Below are positions 51,942-64,000 of a stretch of DNA of 64,000 bases, piece after piece. The number at the start of each line of letters is the position of its first letter. Positions within the stretch are counted from its first letter, which is position 1. This DNA is from Camelus dromedarius. Its lineage: Eukaryota. The notes beneath the pieces are model-generated. The model was given only the letters and a program-made list of their open reading frames with translations. It searched no databases and had not been told where the DNA came from. Both the position numbers and the translations under genes were made by a program. The stretch spans positions 35,154,001 through 35,218,000 of the forward strand of contig NC_087449.1 of assembly GCF_036321535.1 (NCBI RefSeq), written 5' to 3'.

Positions 51942-52432
51942 TTTATTTTTATTTTTATTTTTTTAGTTTATTTATTTATTTTAATGGTGATATAACTGAA
52001 ACATATCTTAGACTAAGACTGAATGGATTTGTTGTCTGTAGGATCTCAATAAAGGAAACATTTAAGTAGCACTTTAGAAACAATGAAATGATATCTGGAA
52101 GGAACATGGAAATACTTGAAGTAGTAATGAACATCAGAAAGGTATATATATATGTATATATAAATGTATATAGTAATTTTTTTTTTCAAATTCCAGTGTA
52201 GAGCACAATTTTTCAATTATACATGAACGTATATATATTCATTGTCACATTTTTTTTCTCTGTGAGCTACCATAAGATCTTGTATATATTTCCCTGCGCT
52301 ATACAGTATAATCTTGTTTATCTGTTCTACATTTTGAAATCCCAGTCTATCCCTTCCCACCCCTTGCCCCCTTGGCAACCACAAGTTTGTATTCTATGAG
52401 TCTGTTTCTGTTTTGTATTTATGTTTTGTTTG
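51942..52432 (-). mobile_element. 5'-truncated young L1 plus about 190 bp of extra 3' sequence and an A-rich tail (candidate 3' transduction)
   Basis: L1 3'UTR at about 52170-52432 (minus); perfect 18-bp TSD ttaaacagataagattta at 51924-51941 and 52433-52450. Confidence 0.85.
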
Positions 52433-54780
52433 TTAAACAGATAAGATTTAAAAGCCAATCCTTCCACTTAACTGTGTAATAGTGCTTCTCTGAGCCTCAC
52501 TTTTATTCTTCTTTAAAATGGTAATATAATCCTTTCCTCAATAGAATTGTGAGGGTGTACACATGATAGAGTAGAAATTCTGTTAATCAACTTACTGCAT
52601 TAATTGATGTCTTCCATTCTGTGAGACAGGCAGCTTCACATATATTTAAAGAGCCTCTCTGATCATGTGGCTACCCCAGATACTGGAAGACAGCAACTTT
52701 ATAAATACGTGTTATAACTACATTAAGAAGAACTTAAATTAATTTTAATTAAAGTTGGAAATAGCATCCAAAGCAGTAATACTCTAACTTCTCATCTTAC
52801 TGATATCATTACCAGTGAACCACCACAAGAATAGCAATGATTATGAGAAATGCTAGTAAAATTTTTGCAGCTTGGTAAAAATTATTGTAAATATTTTGAA
52901 CTTTTCTATAAAAAACTAGAAGGTCTTATATAAGTTTAGGTTTATCATTATTGTGTGGTCTTTGATTTGAAGCTCAACATCACTCATATTATAGAACTGG
53001 ATGAAGAAAAATTAACTTCAATTTAATATAAATCATATGTAGTCTAGTATTCAACTTTGTGAAAGCAACTTTCCCTGTATTCTGAAGAGGGAATCATCAT
53101 GCAACTTCTATTTTTATTTTTATATTAGTTCCTAGAAATTGATTTAATAAAGTCCTGAGGAAAAAGAATTTTCTTTCCTTTGCATCAACATTTACCAGAG
53201 TTGAGACTAATTTTAGGTTGTATTGCATTGACTATCTTTTCTGTTACTGGGAGATTTTTGTATTGTGATTAGATCAATGTTATTGTAATTGACTGGGTTT
53301 CTTCAGCTAAGGTACTCAATAAATAATTGAAGTATTGTATATATTTTAGTTGAAATCTGAGGTGGTACATTCGGAGACAGTAGGTGTTGTAACTAATTAG
53401 TGATCTCCATTATCCCAGGGGCCAAATTGTTTTTTGGGGAGGAGAGAGAAATTTTTCTTTATTATTTGCACATCCTTACTTTCAAAGTGGTTTGAATTTG
53501 GCAAAAAGTTGTTCTCAGCAAACTTTACATTGACGTGCATATCATCCTGATGAAATGAAGTAAGTACAAATTTTTTCAGGTATCTAATTTTAATACTATT
53601 TTTCATTTAGATAATCAAAAGTTGCCAACCACCCTTAAAAACACACTACCCACTTAAACTATGAGATTAAGTTTTCTTGTTATGAGAGTGACAAAAGCAG
53701 CCTTATTCTGTAGGTATCAGCTGTGAACAATAAATACTTTGAACGTTTGGAAGTTTCAAATTGTTTTTCAAAAACAGAGTTAAGTATTATGAAGAGAATA
53801 GATAAATTCCTTTTGTTTCTGTCCTAGCAAGCTAAATGTTCTTATATTACTTTTTCAATCCATTATCTTTATTAAAGAAACTAAAGATTAATAAAATCTG
53901 TAAAATTTTCATCTCTAGCTTTCCCAATTTTTCTGCTGCAGGCTTTTCCTGCCCCTGCCTTATTCCAGTTAAGTAGAAGAGATCGGCATACAGAATAAAC
54001 CCTAGGTCTTTGGTTTCTTTCTTCCTTCAATTTTTTATTATTCTCTTTTTTCTTTATTACTTGGCTATGCTCTGTTTGGCAGGCCAAGAGGAATCTCTGG
54101 TTCTTATTAAGTATTTCAGATCTAAAATGGATGTGCTGTTTATTATTGGCAACTATCTTGAGTATTATGAATATTTAGTATCAAAGAGAAGAAAAATGGC
54201 TGAAAATATAATTAAAAATACTTATGTATATGGAATTCCTAAAAATCAAATTTGACTTTTAAGTACCATGGAGTTTTAAAAATGATAAATCAGAGCTTAA
54301 AATCCATTTTCTATTCCTATTAGTTTTCTGAATCTGAGAAAACTGCTTCTGATGAAAAGTAAAGTAGTCCTTGGATACATCAGGGAATCACCACATTTCT
54401 TAATTCTGAAGCTATCTTTCTCTTTGCCTTGCAAGTTTTAATTAGTCATTTTGAAAAAGTGTAAATGCTTATGTAGAATTTAAATAAAGAAACACAATTA
54501 TTTTAAGTTGTTTAAATTATATATAGCTTTATTTGAACCATATTTATCACATTCTTATATTCAAGTTATTTTTTGTTTATCTCTTCTCATTTTTCACATT
54601 TTCTCTTACAAAATTACAAGCAAATTTATATCAGGCTCAGGCAATACTGGATAAGTCTCATGTCTGACTGGACTTGTGAGCAGAAGCTTCCTATCTCCCT
54701 CCACATTGACTTCTTTGGGTCTTGGGAATGTAACTTTAATTATTATTTTTTCTTTTAAAAATAATTTCATATTTTAAACT

Positions 54781-54922
54781 TTTATTTATTATTTTATTTT
54801 TTTGGGAAGTAATTGGGTTTTTATTTATTTACTTATTTTTAGTGGAAGTACTGAGGTTTGAACCCAGGACGTTGTGCTTGCTAGGCATGTGCTCTACCAC
54901 TGAGCTATGCCCCGCCCTCCCC
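54781..54922 (-). mobile_element. Camelid tRNA-derived SINE (vic-1 type)
   Basis: Minus strand gcggggcatagctcagtggtagagcacatgcctagcaagcacaacgtcctgggttcaaacctcagtacttcc plus aaataaataaaaacccaattacttccc tail, like the 10448 copy. Confidence 0.9.
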
Positions 54923-55551
54923 ATTTTTTCTTGTAATAAGATTGATACAATTTGAATTTGGCTTCTATACAGAAAACAGGAGCGTAAGAAAGATGAGGCT
55001 CTTTTCTGTAATGCATACCCTATTAATCAAGAAGTGTTAGCATTAAGGTGAAGGACCTCTGGTGGTCTTTTCTGTCTTTTACACCAGTCCTCCACATTTA
55101 ATTCCTCTGTGGACAATCTGTATGCCCATGTGCCAAAACTAGGACAGACTCAGGGGCTCAAATCATTGTGAGGAAACCAGTATAGTTCCTGGACTGACTT
55201 AGAAATTTTGAGACTTTTCATAGACTAGCTATATAAGCTGAAGGTAAAACCATTTGGTCCTTTGACTCTCTACTCAAACTGAAGCTTGTGACCATTCTTT
55301 TAAATTAATTTACCAGACACTTATTTTGTGGAGCCTTGTTTTGGGATTAGAGAAGTAAATGACAACTGCCCACAAAGAACTTATGTTCAATAATTTATTT
55401 ATACAATAGGAACATTAAAGGTGGCAATGTATCAGGTAAAGTCTTTCTTCTCTCATCTTAATGGCTATCAACAAAATAAATTTTTGCTGTCAGTAAAGAG
55501 CTGGAATACATCTCCCTTCACTCCATCATCCATGTTAAGTTTTTCTTAGAC

Positions 55552-55926
55552 CAGCGATTGCAAACTGGCATCACAGGGGATGGATCAAACTACTAGTTAT
55601 ATTTTGCAGGGCTCATGAAGCATATAAACAAGGAATTAATTAGATTAGATTGATTGTTAATTGTTTAAAAACAGGGAAATTTCACACAGAAGTGTGAATT
55701 TCTGGCTTCTCTTGAAAATTCAGGCAACTTGGCAAAACTGGGCCTACATTGATGCATGTTCACCATTGACTGGAGCTGAGTAGCTGGTACCACCTTTAGA
55801 AGGAGTATAAGGCTTTCTGGTATGACACGGTCCCCACCTCTCACTATTTTCTCCTTAGTTCCTTATTCTCAGTTTGCTTTAATCATTTTGTGTTACCTGC
55901 TTAGCTCATAAAATTTTCAGCCCCTG
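55552..55926 (+). mobile_element. MER102/Charlie4-like hAT element
   Basis: cag..ttgcaaact...gaaatttcacacagaagtgtgaatttctggcttctcttgaaaa...ggagctgagtagctgg...ccctg; 8-bp TSD tcttagac/ttttagac. Confidence 0.75.
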
Positions 55927-56159
55927 TTTTAGACCATCATTGTGAAAAAAATTATATACATTTTTTTCCCTTCTAGTAGGCTTAATTGAAAAAACCCACC
56001 AGAGAGATAAGTTTATGTTCTCCTTCCTTTTACAGTCATAGAGGCCACTCTTCTAGACCAAGTTTTACTTGGTCACATAACCTTATAGGATCAGTGTATC
56101 TATAAAGCTACTACTTAGACAAATAATTTTGGACACAGACTATTAAGTAAGTTGTGTTA

Positions 56160-56830
56160 TGTGGCTAGTTTAAAATAACTCCATTTAAAATAACCATTAT
56201 ATTATGGAAAATTTCAAACATGTACAGAAATAGAAAGGATAGTACTAGAACTCCTACATACCCATCATCCAGCCTCAGCAATTATCAATTATTCCTTACT
56301 TTTCTTCTTCCCCCAGGACTATTTTGAAGCACATCACAGATATATAATTTAACCTATAAATATTTCAATGTATGTCTCTAAAAGATACATTCTCTCTCTT
56401 TCTCTCTTTCTCTCTCTCTCTATAAACACACACATACATACTACATGACATACATATATATATAATTATAGCAAATATATATATTCATATCAAAAATATG
56501 TAATCATACCAAATAACAATTATTCCTTAATACGACATATCCAGTTAGTTTTTATTTTGATTATTTCATATATAGGTTTCCCCCTTCATCTATTTTCTTT
56601 CCCTTGCAGTTTTTTATTTGATTAAAGCATATTGTTTCCCTGGATTTTGCTGATTGCTTTCCCATGGTGTAGTTCAAAACATTATTCTGTCTTCTGTATT
56701 TCTTATAAATGACTGTGTATATCTGGAAGCCTCATTACATCTAGGCTCCTTTTTTTTTTTTTTAAAGACTGTTTCAAAAGTGGTTTTATGTGTTTCATTA
56801 AGAGGCACATAATATCTAGTTGTCTCTCTT
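56160..56830 (-). mobile_element. L1MC/ME-type 3' fragment with an internal (CT)n/(AT)n tract
   Basis: tattatggaaaatttcaaacatgtacagaaatagaaaggatagt...cccatcatccagcctcagcaattatcaat. Confidence 0.65.
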
Positions 56831-57051
56831 TATGTGATGTTAGCAGCCATTAAACAATTATACATGATTCAGATTTAAATGATAATTCGAAACAAGAATA
56901 GACTAGAATTTCTATAAAAAGTAGTACAGCTGAACTCTAGGAATTTAGAGGAGGAAAAAATAAGATAAATTGGTCAGGGAAAATTGTATGGAAATAGGGG
57001 TGCTTAAGATACATATTGAAGAATGGGAATGATTATGGTAAAATGAAACAA

Positions 57052-57410
57052 CATATTAGCCAGTTTAGGCTAAGTTATACAGTGATAAATGACTCAAAAA
57101 TCCCAGGGGTTTATAACAAAGGTATATTTCTTGCTTCCAGTATATATCCATTGTGGATCAGCTATAGTTTGCTCCATATCTTCATGTCAGGACACAGGCT
57201 TTTGTGGTAAGTTTTATTTGGGACATTTCTGGTCTCATGCAAGAGGAAAAGAGACCATATTGGAACCACGCAGTGATTCTTTTTAATGCGTCTGCTTGGA
57301 AGTGGCACATTTCACTTCTGCTCACATTTCTGTTCAAGGCTTACAGCAAGGCTGCTACTGACAGGGTGGGTTGTATAATCCTGCCATAGGGCAGGGCAGC
57401 AAATATTTAA
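57052..57410 (-). mobile_element. MaLR LTR (MLT1J/K-like)
   Basis: tattagccagtttaggctaagttatacagtgataaatgactcaaaaatcccagggg...aacaaaggtatatttcttgct...acttctgctcacattt. Confidence 0.65.
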
Positions 57411-58910
57411 AAGAATGCTATACTCTGTGACAAGAAAGACTTATGGGTGAGAAAGGAAAGGGTATTCTGCGTAGGAAGAGGCACAAATGCATGCAGTATA
57501 TTTGGGAGTTAGTAAGTGGATCTATTATTCAGGAGTAGAATAGGTAGGAGTAGAAGGTAGAATAGGTCTGGGTAGAAGAGTAGAGACTATCAAAGCTAGG
57601 GAGGGAGGATACAGTAGCATTTAAATTCCATACTCATGCTCAGCTAACATCCTCTTCCACTGAAGGCTAGACTTTGGAATGGGAAGCTCTAGTTCAGTGA
57701 TCTGCATATATAATTTTAAGTTAGCTAAGTAGAAACATTAAAATACAAAAAACAGGTAAAATTAATGTTGATGTATTTTATATAACTCCGTATATACCAC
57801 TCAACATCCTGTTATATTTTCCTTATTTATTGTTGTATTCTTAGCACTCAGTGAAGACATGAAAAGGAATTCTATAGTAGTTCACTGTCAGTTGGGAATG
57901 GTTGATTTAGTCTCATGACTTGGCCTCCCAAAGAAAAACCATTTTTGAATAGGATATAGTAATGATCTGTAAGCAAACAAGGAGCTGAGAATACTGTTTT
58001 TCCTTTCATTTTAGAGATCCTGGGGTAAGAAAAAAGGAGCAGTCTCTTCTTAAGAGGATTGCAAGAGAAATTGTGCCATCTGGGGAGAGCCAGATTTTAG
58101 AGTAAAGAGGTAGTGGGAACTTTTAATGAAGAGTAGAAGAGTATTGGAGAGAGTTTATAAGAGGTGCAATCCTAGAGATCACCTTAGTGCTAGAAGGTTG
58201 GTGACATGGGGAGCTAGACTGGATGGCAGAGTGATTAGACAGCCATAAGAAGGGTAAATAATGAAGAGGCAGTGAAGAATTTGTAGTATAGTCTCAGAGA
58301 GTTCTAAGGGAATCAAGGGATCATAGGCATGAAGGAGAGTGTTGGAAGGTGGGTAGAAGGAACTTGGATGGACGAAACTGTTCCAGGATTCCAAACTGAT
58401 GGAAAGTGGTTTAAGTGCCACTGGGAACCAGTTTGCCAGGTAAGAGGAGGACTTTGAACAGGCTGTTTTTTGTGTGGCCATTGCCCCAGATGGATAAGGA
58501 ATTAGATGACAACCAAAACTTAAGGATTTAAATGAGAAGGGCCCAGGGGTTGTGACAATGAGGATATTTCAGAGTAAGGGTCTGTAGTTCTTGATGACTC
58601 GATGTGATGAAGGAAGAGAAGCTGCTTTGTTAATATTTATGAATGCTCACTATTTATTATGCTCCTTATATATATTATATTTAAGCTTTACAAAATCCTG
58701 CAAGGTAAATGAAATGAATTTCTATTTTATAGACATGGAAACTTAAGTTCATAAAAGATAAAATAAAGAATTTGCTTAAGCACACACAACTAATAAGAAG
58801 TAGAAACAACTAGAAACAGATCCAGCTGACTCCAAGCTTTTTGCTGTTCCTTCTATATGGTATCTTTCAGAGAGCAGACAGAAAGGGATCAAAAAAGATT
58901 GAGTTTTTAA

Positions 58911-59556
58911 TCCTGGGTATATATCTAGAGGGAACCTTAATTCAAAAAGATACATGTACCCCAGTGTTCATAGCATCACTATTTACAATAGCCAGGACAT
59001 GGAGNNNNNNNNNNNNNNNNNNNNNNNNNNNNNNNNNNNNNNNNNNNNNNNNNNNNNNNNNNNNNNNNNNNNNNNNNNNNNNNNNNNNNNNNNNNNNNNN
59101 NNNNNNNNNNNNNNNNNNNNNNNNNNNNNNNNNNNNNNNNNNNNNNCAAGTAAGCCAGAAAGGAGAAAGAAAAATACCATGTGATATCACTTATATGTGG
59201 AATCTAAAAAAAAAGACACAAATGAAATTATTTATAAAACAGAGACAAACTCACAGACATAGAAAACAAACTTATGGTTACCAATGGCAAAAGAGGGTGG
59301 GAAGGGATAAATTGGGAGTTTGAGAGTTGCAGATACTAACTACTATATATAAAATAGATAAACAACAAGTTTATACTGTATAGCACAGGGAACTATATTC
59401 AATATCTTATAGTAACCTCTAATGAACATGAGAAAGAATATGGAAAGGAATGTGTATGTATGTGTATGAGTGAAACATTATGCTGTACACCAGAAATTGA
59501 CACAACATTGTAAAGTTATTATGCTTCAACTAAAAAAAAAAAACCACTCAAATAAA
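58911..59556 (+). mobile_element. Young 5'-truncated L1 (end of ORF2 plus 3'UTR; N run 59005-59146)
   Basis: tcctgggtatatatctagagggaaccttaattcaaaaagatacatgtaccccagtgttcatagc...tgacacaacattgtaa; perfect 20-bp TSD aaaaaagattgagtttttaa at 58891-58910 and 59557-59576. Confidence 0.95.
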
Positions 59557-60249
59557 AAAAAAGATTGAGTTTTTAAACTTGGGGGTTCATTGACAAAAAT
59601 GGAAGAATCAAAGGAGGAAATGCTTCTGTTGTGGAAAGGATAGGTTTATTTTAGGCACATTGAATTTGAGGTAATAATGGGATATCTGTGTGGACATGAT
59701 GAAGATGCAGTTAGAAATTTGAAATTTGACTCAGAGACAGGAGAGGAGATAAAACCAATGAAAGTATGTGTGGTTGAATATATGAATATAGATATGTATT
59801 ATCTAAAGAGTAAGTTGGATATAAAGATGAATCATTTACTTAAAGATTTTGAAATATTGGAGTATATAAAATTTCTGAGTATTATAAAGATTGTAATCTA
59901 CTTTTAGATTATATATTACATCATATATGCAGATAATGAAAAATTATTTGTATAGATATATTGAAAGCAATAAGTATATATATAATTATGTGTATATGTA
60001 TTTTTAATATATACTAGAACTAACATCCTGCAAGGGGAATTCACATTATATTGGCTCTAATAACATTGCATGAGGGTCTTTGGACCCAAAACATAAATAA
60101 TTGATGATTTTAATATCCCACATAATATTCTGTCTTATAAATGAAAGATTATTGTCTATGAATTTTGCAGTCATATAATAGTCTAGATTAGATAGTGTAC
60201 TAAATTTTCCTGACTTCATTGACTTCTTTGGGAGTTTTACTTGTGGATA

Positions 60250-60347
60250 TTTTTTTAATTGAAGTATAGTCAGTTTACAATGTGTCAATTTCTGGTGTAC
60301 AGCATAATAGTTCAGTCATATGTATACAAACATATATTCATTTTCAT
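60250..60347 (-). mobile_element. Short young L1 3' end
   Basis: ttttaattgaagtatagtcagtttacaatgtgtcaatttctggtgtacagcataatagttcagtc; near-TSD acttgtggatatt/acttgtagattt. Confidence 0.85.
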
Positions 60348-61164
60348 TCACTTGTAGATTTTTAAACAAGTGTTTATTGAGAGCTTGCTTTGAATATTTT
60401 CCATGTATTGTATTTCATTTAGTTCTCAAATGACCCTGTTAAATTTGAGATTTTTTTTTATAGTGAAGAGAATATAACTTTAATATGATATGTCAGCAAT
60501 GATAATGTTATCATCTTCATAGCACTTTCAACACAGCAAGTTTTTACACAGCAATTTCATATGCATAATTTATAGTACAAGAGTTGTTGTGCTAAACATG
60601 TGCTATATGTTACAGAATTCTGAAACTTAGTCCTTACAGACTTACTGTGAGGAAGGTATTACTGTCATCATTTTTACAGTAAGGAATGTGAGACTCATGT
60701 TAAATAGCTTGGCCAAGGTTACATGCCTAATAAGTGACAGATGACAAATGATTTTAAGTACATTACAATTTAAGCCTTTACAATTAGAACTACTATCAGC
60801 CTAGGCCTTGACAAAAACTGTATACAGTAGCTAAAAGAAAAGAAAATGTGAAAAGCAAATGTCGGCTTTACATTAAATGGCTGTTGCATTTAATTTTAGT
60901 ACTTAGTACCATTATAGAAATCATACCAATATTTGATAAGATATTTGTTTTTAATTTGTTTGGATTGCTTTACAAAATTGTTTTAAGATACAATTATGTC
61001 TAGAGGCAGAGAATTTAAACAGATGATCTCTAGCTTTCCCCCATGTATATCCCCTAAGTATGTTGTACAGTTGTGTCATACAAGTATGTCATACCCCTAA
61101 GTATGTCATACAGTTACTTTTTTGGGAAAGAAAGAAATAGAAAATTATGTAATTGAAGGCATAC

Positions 61165-61374
61165 CTACTAATATATACAAAATAAACAAGCTCATACTGT
61201 ATAGCACAGAGAACTATATTCAATATCTTGTAGTAACTTATGGTGAAAAAGAATATGAAAAAAATATATTTATGTTCATGTATGGCTGAAGCATTGTACT
61301 GTACACCAGAAATTGACACAACATTGTAAACTGACTATACGTCAATTAAAAAAATATATATATACACAAAAAAG
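61165..61374 (+). mobile_element. Young L1 3' end
   Basis: atactgtatagcacagagaactatattcaatatcttgtagtaacttatggtgaaaaagaatatg...tgacacaacattgtaaactgactatacgtcaattaaaa; possible TSD aggcatac. Confidence 0.88.
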
Positions 61375-62746
61375 AGGCATACACATGAGGAAAGAATTAA
61401 AAATTGCCTTGGTCCTTCAGGTGCTTTCTTGTATTTTATATCATTCAGTAACTATAAGATCTATGGCTTCTTTGAGGAGAAAATACTATGAAGAGATAAT
61501 ATTTAATAAATTTCTGGAACATTTCAACATGATAGAGCTGATTGAGATGGCATTGTATTTGAATTTGTTTATTTACTTTTGGAGAGCAAAGATATAGGCA
61601 TATAGCTTCTTGATTTTTTTTGTTTTTTGAAATCAGTCAAGCAGCATGTCATGATTGAAAACAAAGGAGGATTTTTGATATTCCTTTACATGTTCTAGGT
61701 AAAGGCAGTTTTTTTTTTTTTTTTTTTTTTTTAGTAAAAGCAGTTCTTTGATGTTACTCTTGAATTTGTTTGAGCAAGTCTTAGAGTTGTGAGACGGTAT
61801 CTGCCCTTTTTTGGGTATGCTGTGAGGAAAAGAAACAAGCTCTTCTGCTTGGTAGAAATAAAAGTACCAACCAAGTCTGTACCACAGATGATAAAACTAC
61901 CAATACAGGCCTAGTTTAAGCTGGGAAAGCTACTTATCTATATAACGTGCCTCTCCTGGGCTTGTCTACTCATTGTTCTTGACCACCAGACCATATCTCA
62001 TCAGTGATATCCCGCCAGAGCCTTTTCTCCCTGGGCAGGGCATCAAAGCTACATATCTCCCAAAGATGAGCTTTCTTTACATTTAGAATACATGTCTCAT
62101 CTTCTCTTCCCTCAAAGCTCTATTGTGTGCTGTTTTCTGAGAAATTAATTCATTATTTTATGTTGATGCACAATCATGTATTATTCCTTTCAACCTACTT
62201 GGGAACTGAGGCAGTATATTTATTCTAGGTTTAGTTGAGGATTTAAGTGGTAGCACAGTCAAGATATATGATTGTGAACACATATGATAACTTCTCTGAG
62301 TCTTATTTTCTCTTATGATAAATGGTTGATTTTGTACAGGTTGATTTCAAGGATTAAATGTGTATGCTTTACATATGTAAGGCATTATCATTAAGGCATT
62401 TTTGTGGTGTTATCTAGACACTCAAGAACTTACTCTAATGGGAATTTCAAATGCTGTGGCTTGCAGTTACTACTACTACTAAGAAACTGGGATGGAGTTT
62501 AGAGAGAATTGGGATTGAAGTGACTTTTATAGCTGCAGAACCAAATGTTTTTCCAGACGTTCTTTGGGTTGTTCTGGTCATATGTAATGATCCTAGATGT
62601 GTTTGATTGAGAACTCCCTATGTTAACAGTGAAGCCAGTCAGAAGAAGCAAGACCATTATGAGTGGAAATCTGATCAGATCAGGAAAGCAAAGACTTCTT
62701 TCTTTTGCTCCATGCAGGCAGGCCTTTCCTTTTTAAAAAATTAACT

Positions 62747-62976
62747 TCAGGGATATAATGTACAGCATGTTGAGTATAGTTAACAATACTGTACTATATA
62801 TTTGAAAGTTGCCAAGAGAGTAGATCTTAAAAGTTTTCATTACTAGAAAAAAATGTAGTTGTGTAGTAATGGATGTTAACTAAACTTGTGGTAATCATTT
62901 CACAATATATGAAATCATTATGTTATACACCTAAAATGAACACAATGTTGTATGTCAATTGTATCTCTATTAAAAA
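62747..62976 (+). mobile_element. L1MA-type 3' end
   Basis: aatgtacagcatgttgagtatagttaacaatactgtactatatatttgaaagttgccaagagagtagatcttaaaagtt...aatgttgtatgtcaattgtatctc. Confidence 0.85.
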
Positions 62977-64000
62977 ACCAAAACACGCAAAAATGATTTT
63001 TTTTTTTTGTATTTTCATTTTACCGGCAAGGCTCTACATCATTAAGGGGTGAATGTTCATTCTAGAGAGAGCTGTCTCTTTTGTAGCTCTGTAAACCCCT
63101 GGGAAACAGGGAAGGTAAGATGCCAGAGCAGGTAATTAAGTAAATGACCTTACAATTCCCTTATTTCCTCTTTCCCTCCTGAGGAATACAGTGAAACTCC
63201 CTGTTGGTACTCTCAGATAGTGTGCTTAGAAAAGAACTAGATAAATGGGCAGATAAAAACTTGATTCAAATTGCATCCTTGATTAAAGAATAATTGGGGA
63301 ACAAGTTCAAGCTATTTTTATTCTCTCTTGGTTTTGTACTTCTCAACTATTTAAAAGAAGCTTCATATTTTCCAAATCTAGATGTATTTTCATATTTTCT
63401 CTTAATATATTTATAAAATCAACACATTGTTTTAAGCAAGCTAAATATGCACATGGCAAAGGATTGTATTTCTTGCCTTTGAGTCTGTATATACTTTTCT
63501 TTCTATAAATAAATAATAAAAAATGTCTTCCCTGAAGTAAATGATCAAAAGGTCAAGTATGGCTCAGATTTATTTAAAAAAAGTGATTAATTATTTTGGC
63601 TTTATTTTTATAGACACATCCAGTTATTTGTGTGGTTAAGAACATGAACTTGAGTTAGACTGCTGTCTGAATTAAAATTCTGGCTATTTACCTGCAATTA
63701 TTTTAAGAATTAATTGAGTTAATATTTGGAAAGCAATTAGTACAGAGCCTAGCACATAGCAAACATGATATATAAGTGTTAAACAAATTTAAAAAGCTAC
63801 ACTGTGAGAAATCAGATGACCTTCAAGTTCATGGTTGTGTAGTATTTTAACTAAGTATGAGTTCAGTGGACAGTTTTGGATTTGTGCTTACTCTACATAT
63901 AATATGTACTTGGCAAAAGTTTAGATGAATAACACTAAACACACACAAAAAGCTCACTATTATTTTATTTGTTGTTTCTTTGCTATTTTACATGGTTCTT

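Larger units (their letters stand above)
45129..64000 (+). other. AGBL4: AGBL4 intron 1 (continues beyond the window end)
   Basis: GT donor at 45129; the expected exon-2 peptide (GN..GN.DAIGGNV.KYIVLP) is absent from the ORF track. Confidence 0.8.

Noticed and set aside
57530-57590. Repeated GTAGAA/GTAGGA words
   Set aside because: Low-complexity purine-rich sequence within a decayed L2-like region; no regular period or spacers, and not CRISPR-like.
58841-59323. 160-aa ORF and other ORFs containing X runs
   Set aside because: They are open only because of Ns; the flanks are L1 ORF2-end/3'UTR sequence.
1-64000. CRISPR arrays, prokaryotic operons, rRNA or a novel multi-gene system
   Set aside because: The window is repeat-rich mammalian intron and intergenic DNA; no repeat-spacer array, rRNA-like sequence or clustered intact ORFs were seen.

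Overview
This is mammalian genomic DNA, most likely camelid (tRNA-Ala-like vic-1-type SINEs and artiodactyl-type L1 3' ends; inference). It holds two CpG-island promoters pointing away from each other about 26 kb apart. On the + strand is AGBL4 (CCP6) coding exon 1 (MAERSQTAPEA-G, 45095-45128), followed by intron 1 to the window end. On the - strand is a 6-codon first coding exon (MRLKNQ, 19134-19117), assigned by synteny and intron phase to a distal alternative first exon of ELAVL4 (HuD). The rest is intron or intergenic DNA full of L1, L2, MIR, MaLR/ERV LTRs, hAT/Tigger relics and SINEs, plus a disabled RPL23A processed pseudogene with a 16-bp TSD. There are five N runs. I found no CRISPR array, rRNA, true tRNA gene or convincing novel multi-gene system. 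The most interesting unexplained structures are: a 126-bp two-part locally templated insertion with microhomology junctions (36439-36564); a probable L1 3' transduction inside an 18-bp TSD (51924-52450); an RFX X-box and a 5x12-bp G-rich array in the AGBL4 promoter; and a 20-bp perfect E-box palindrome and open in-frame leader at the ELAVL4 distal exon. Repeat family names come from recalled consensus similarity, and their boundaries are approximate unless a TSD is given.
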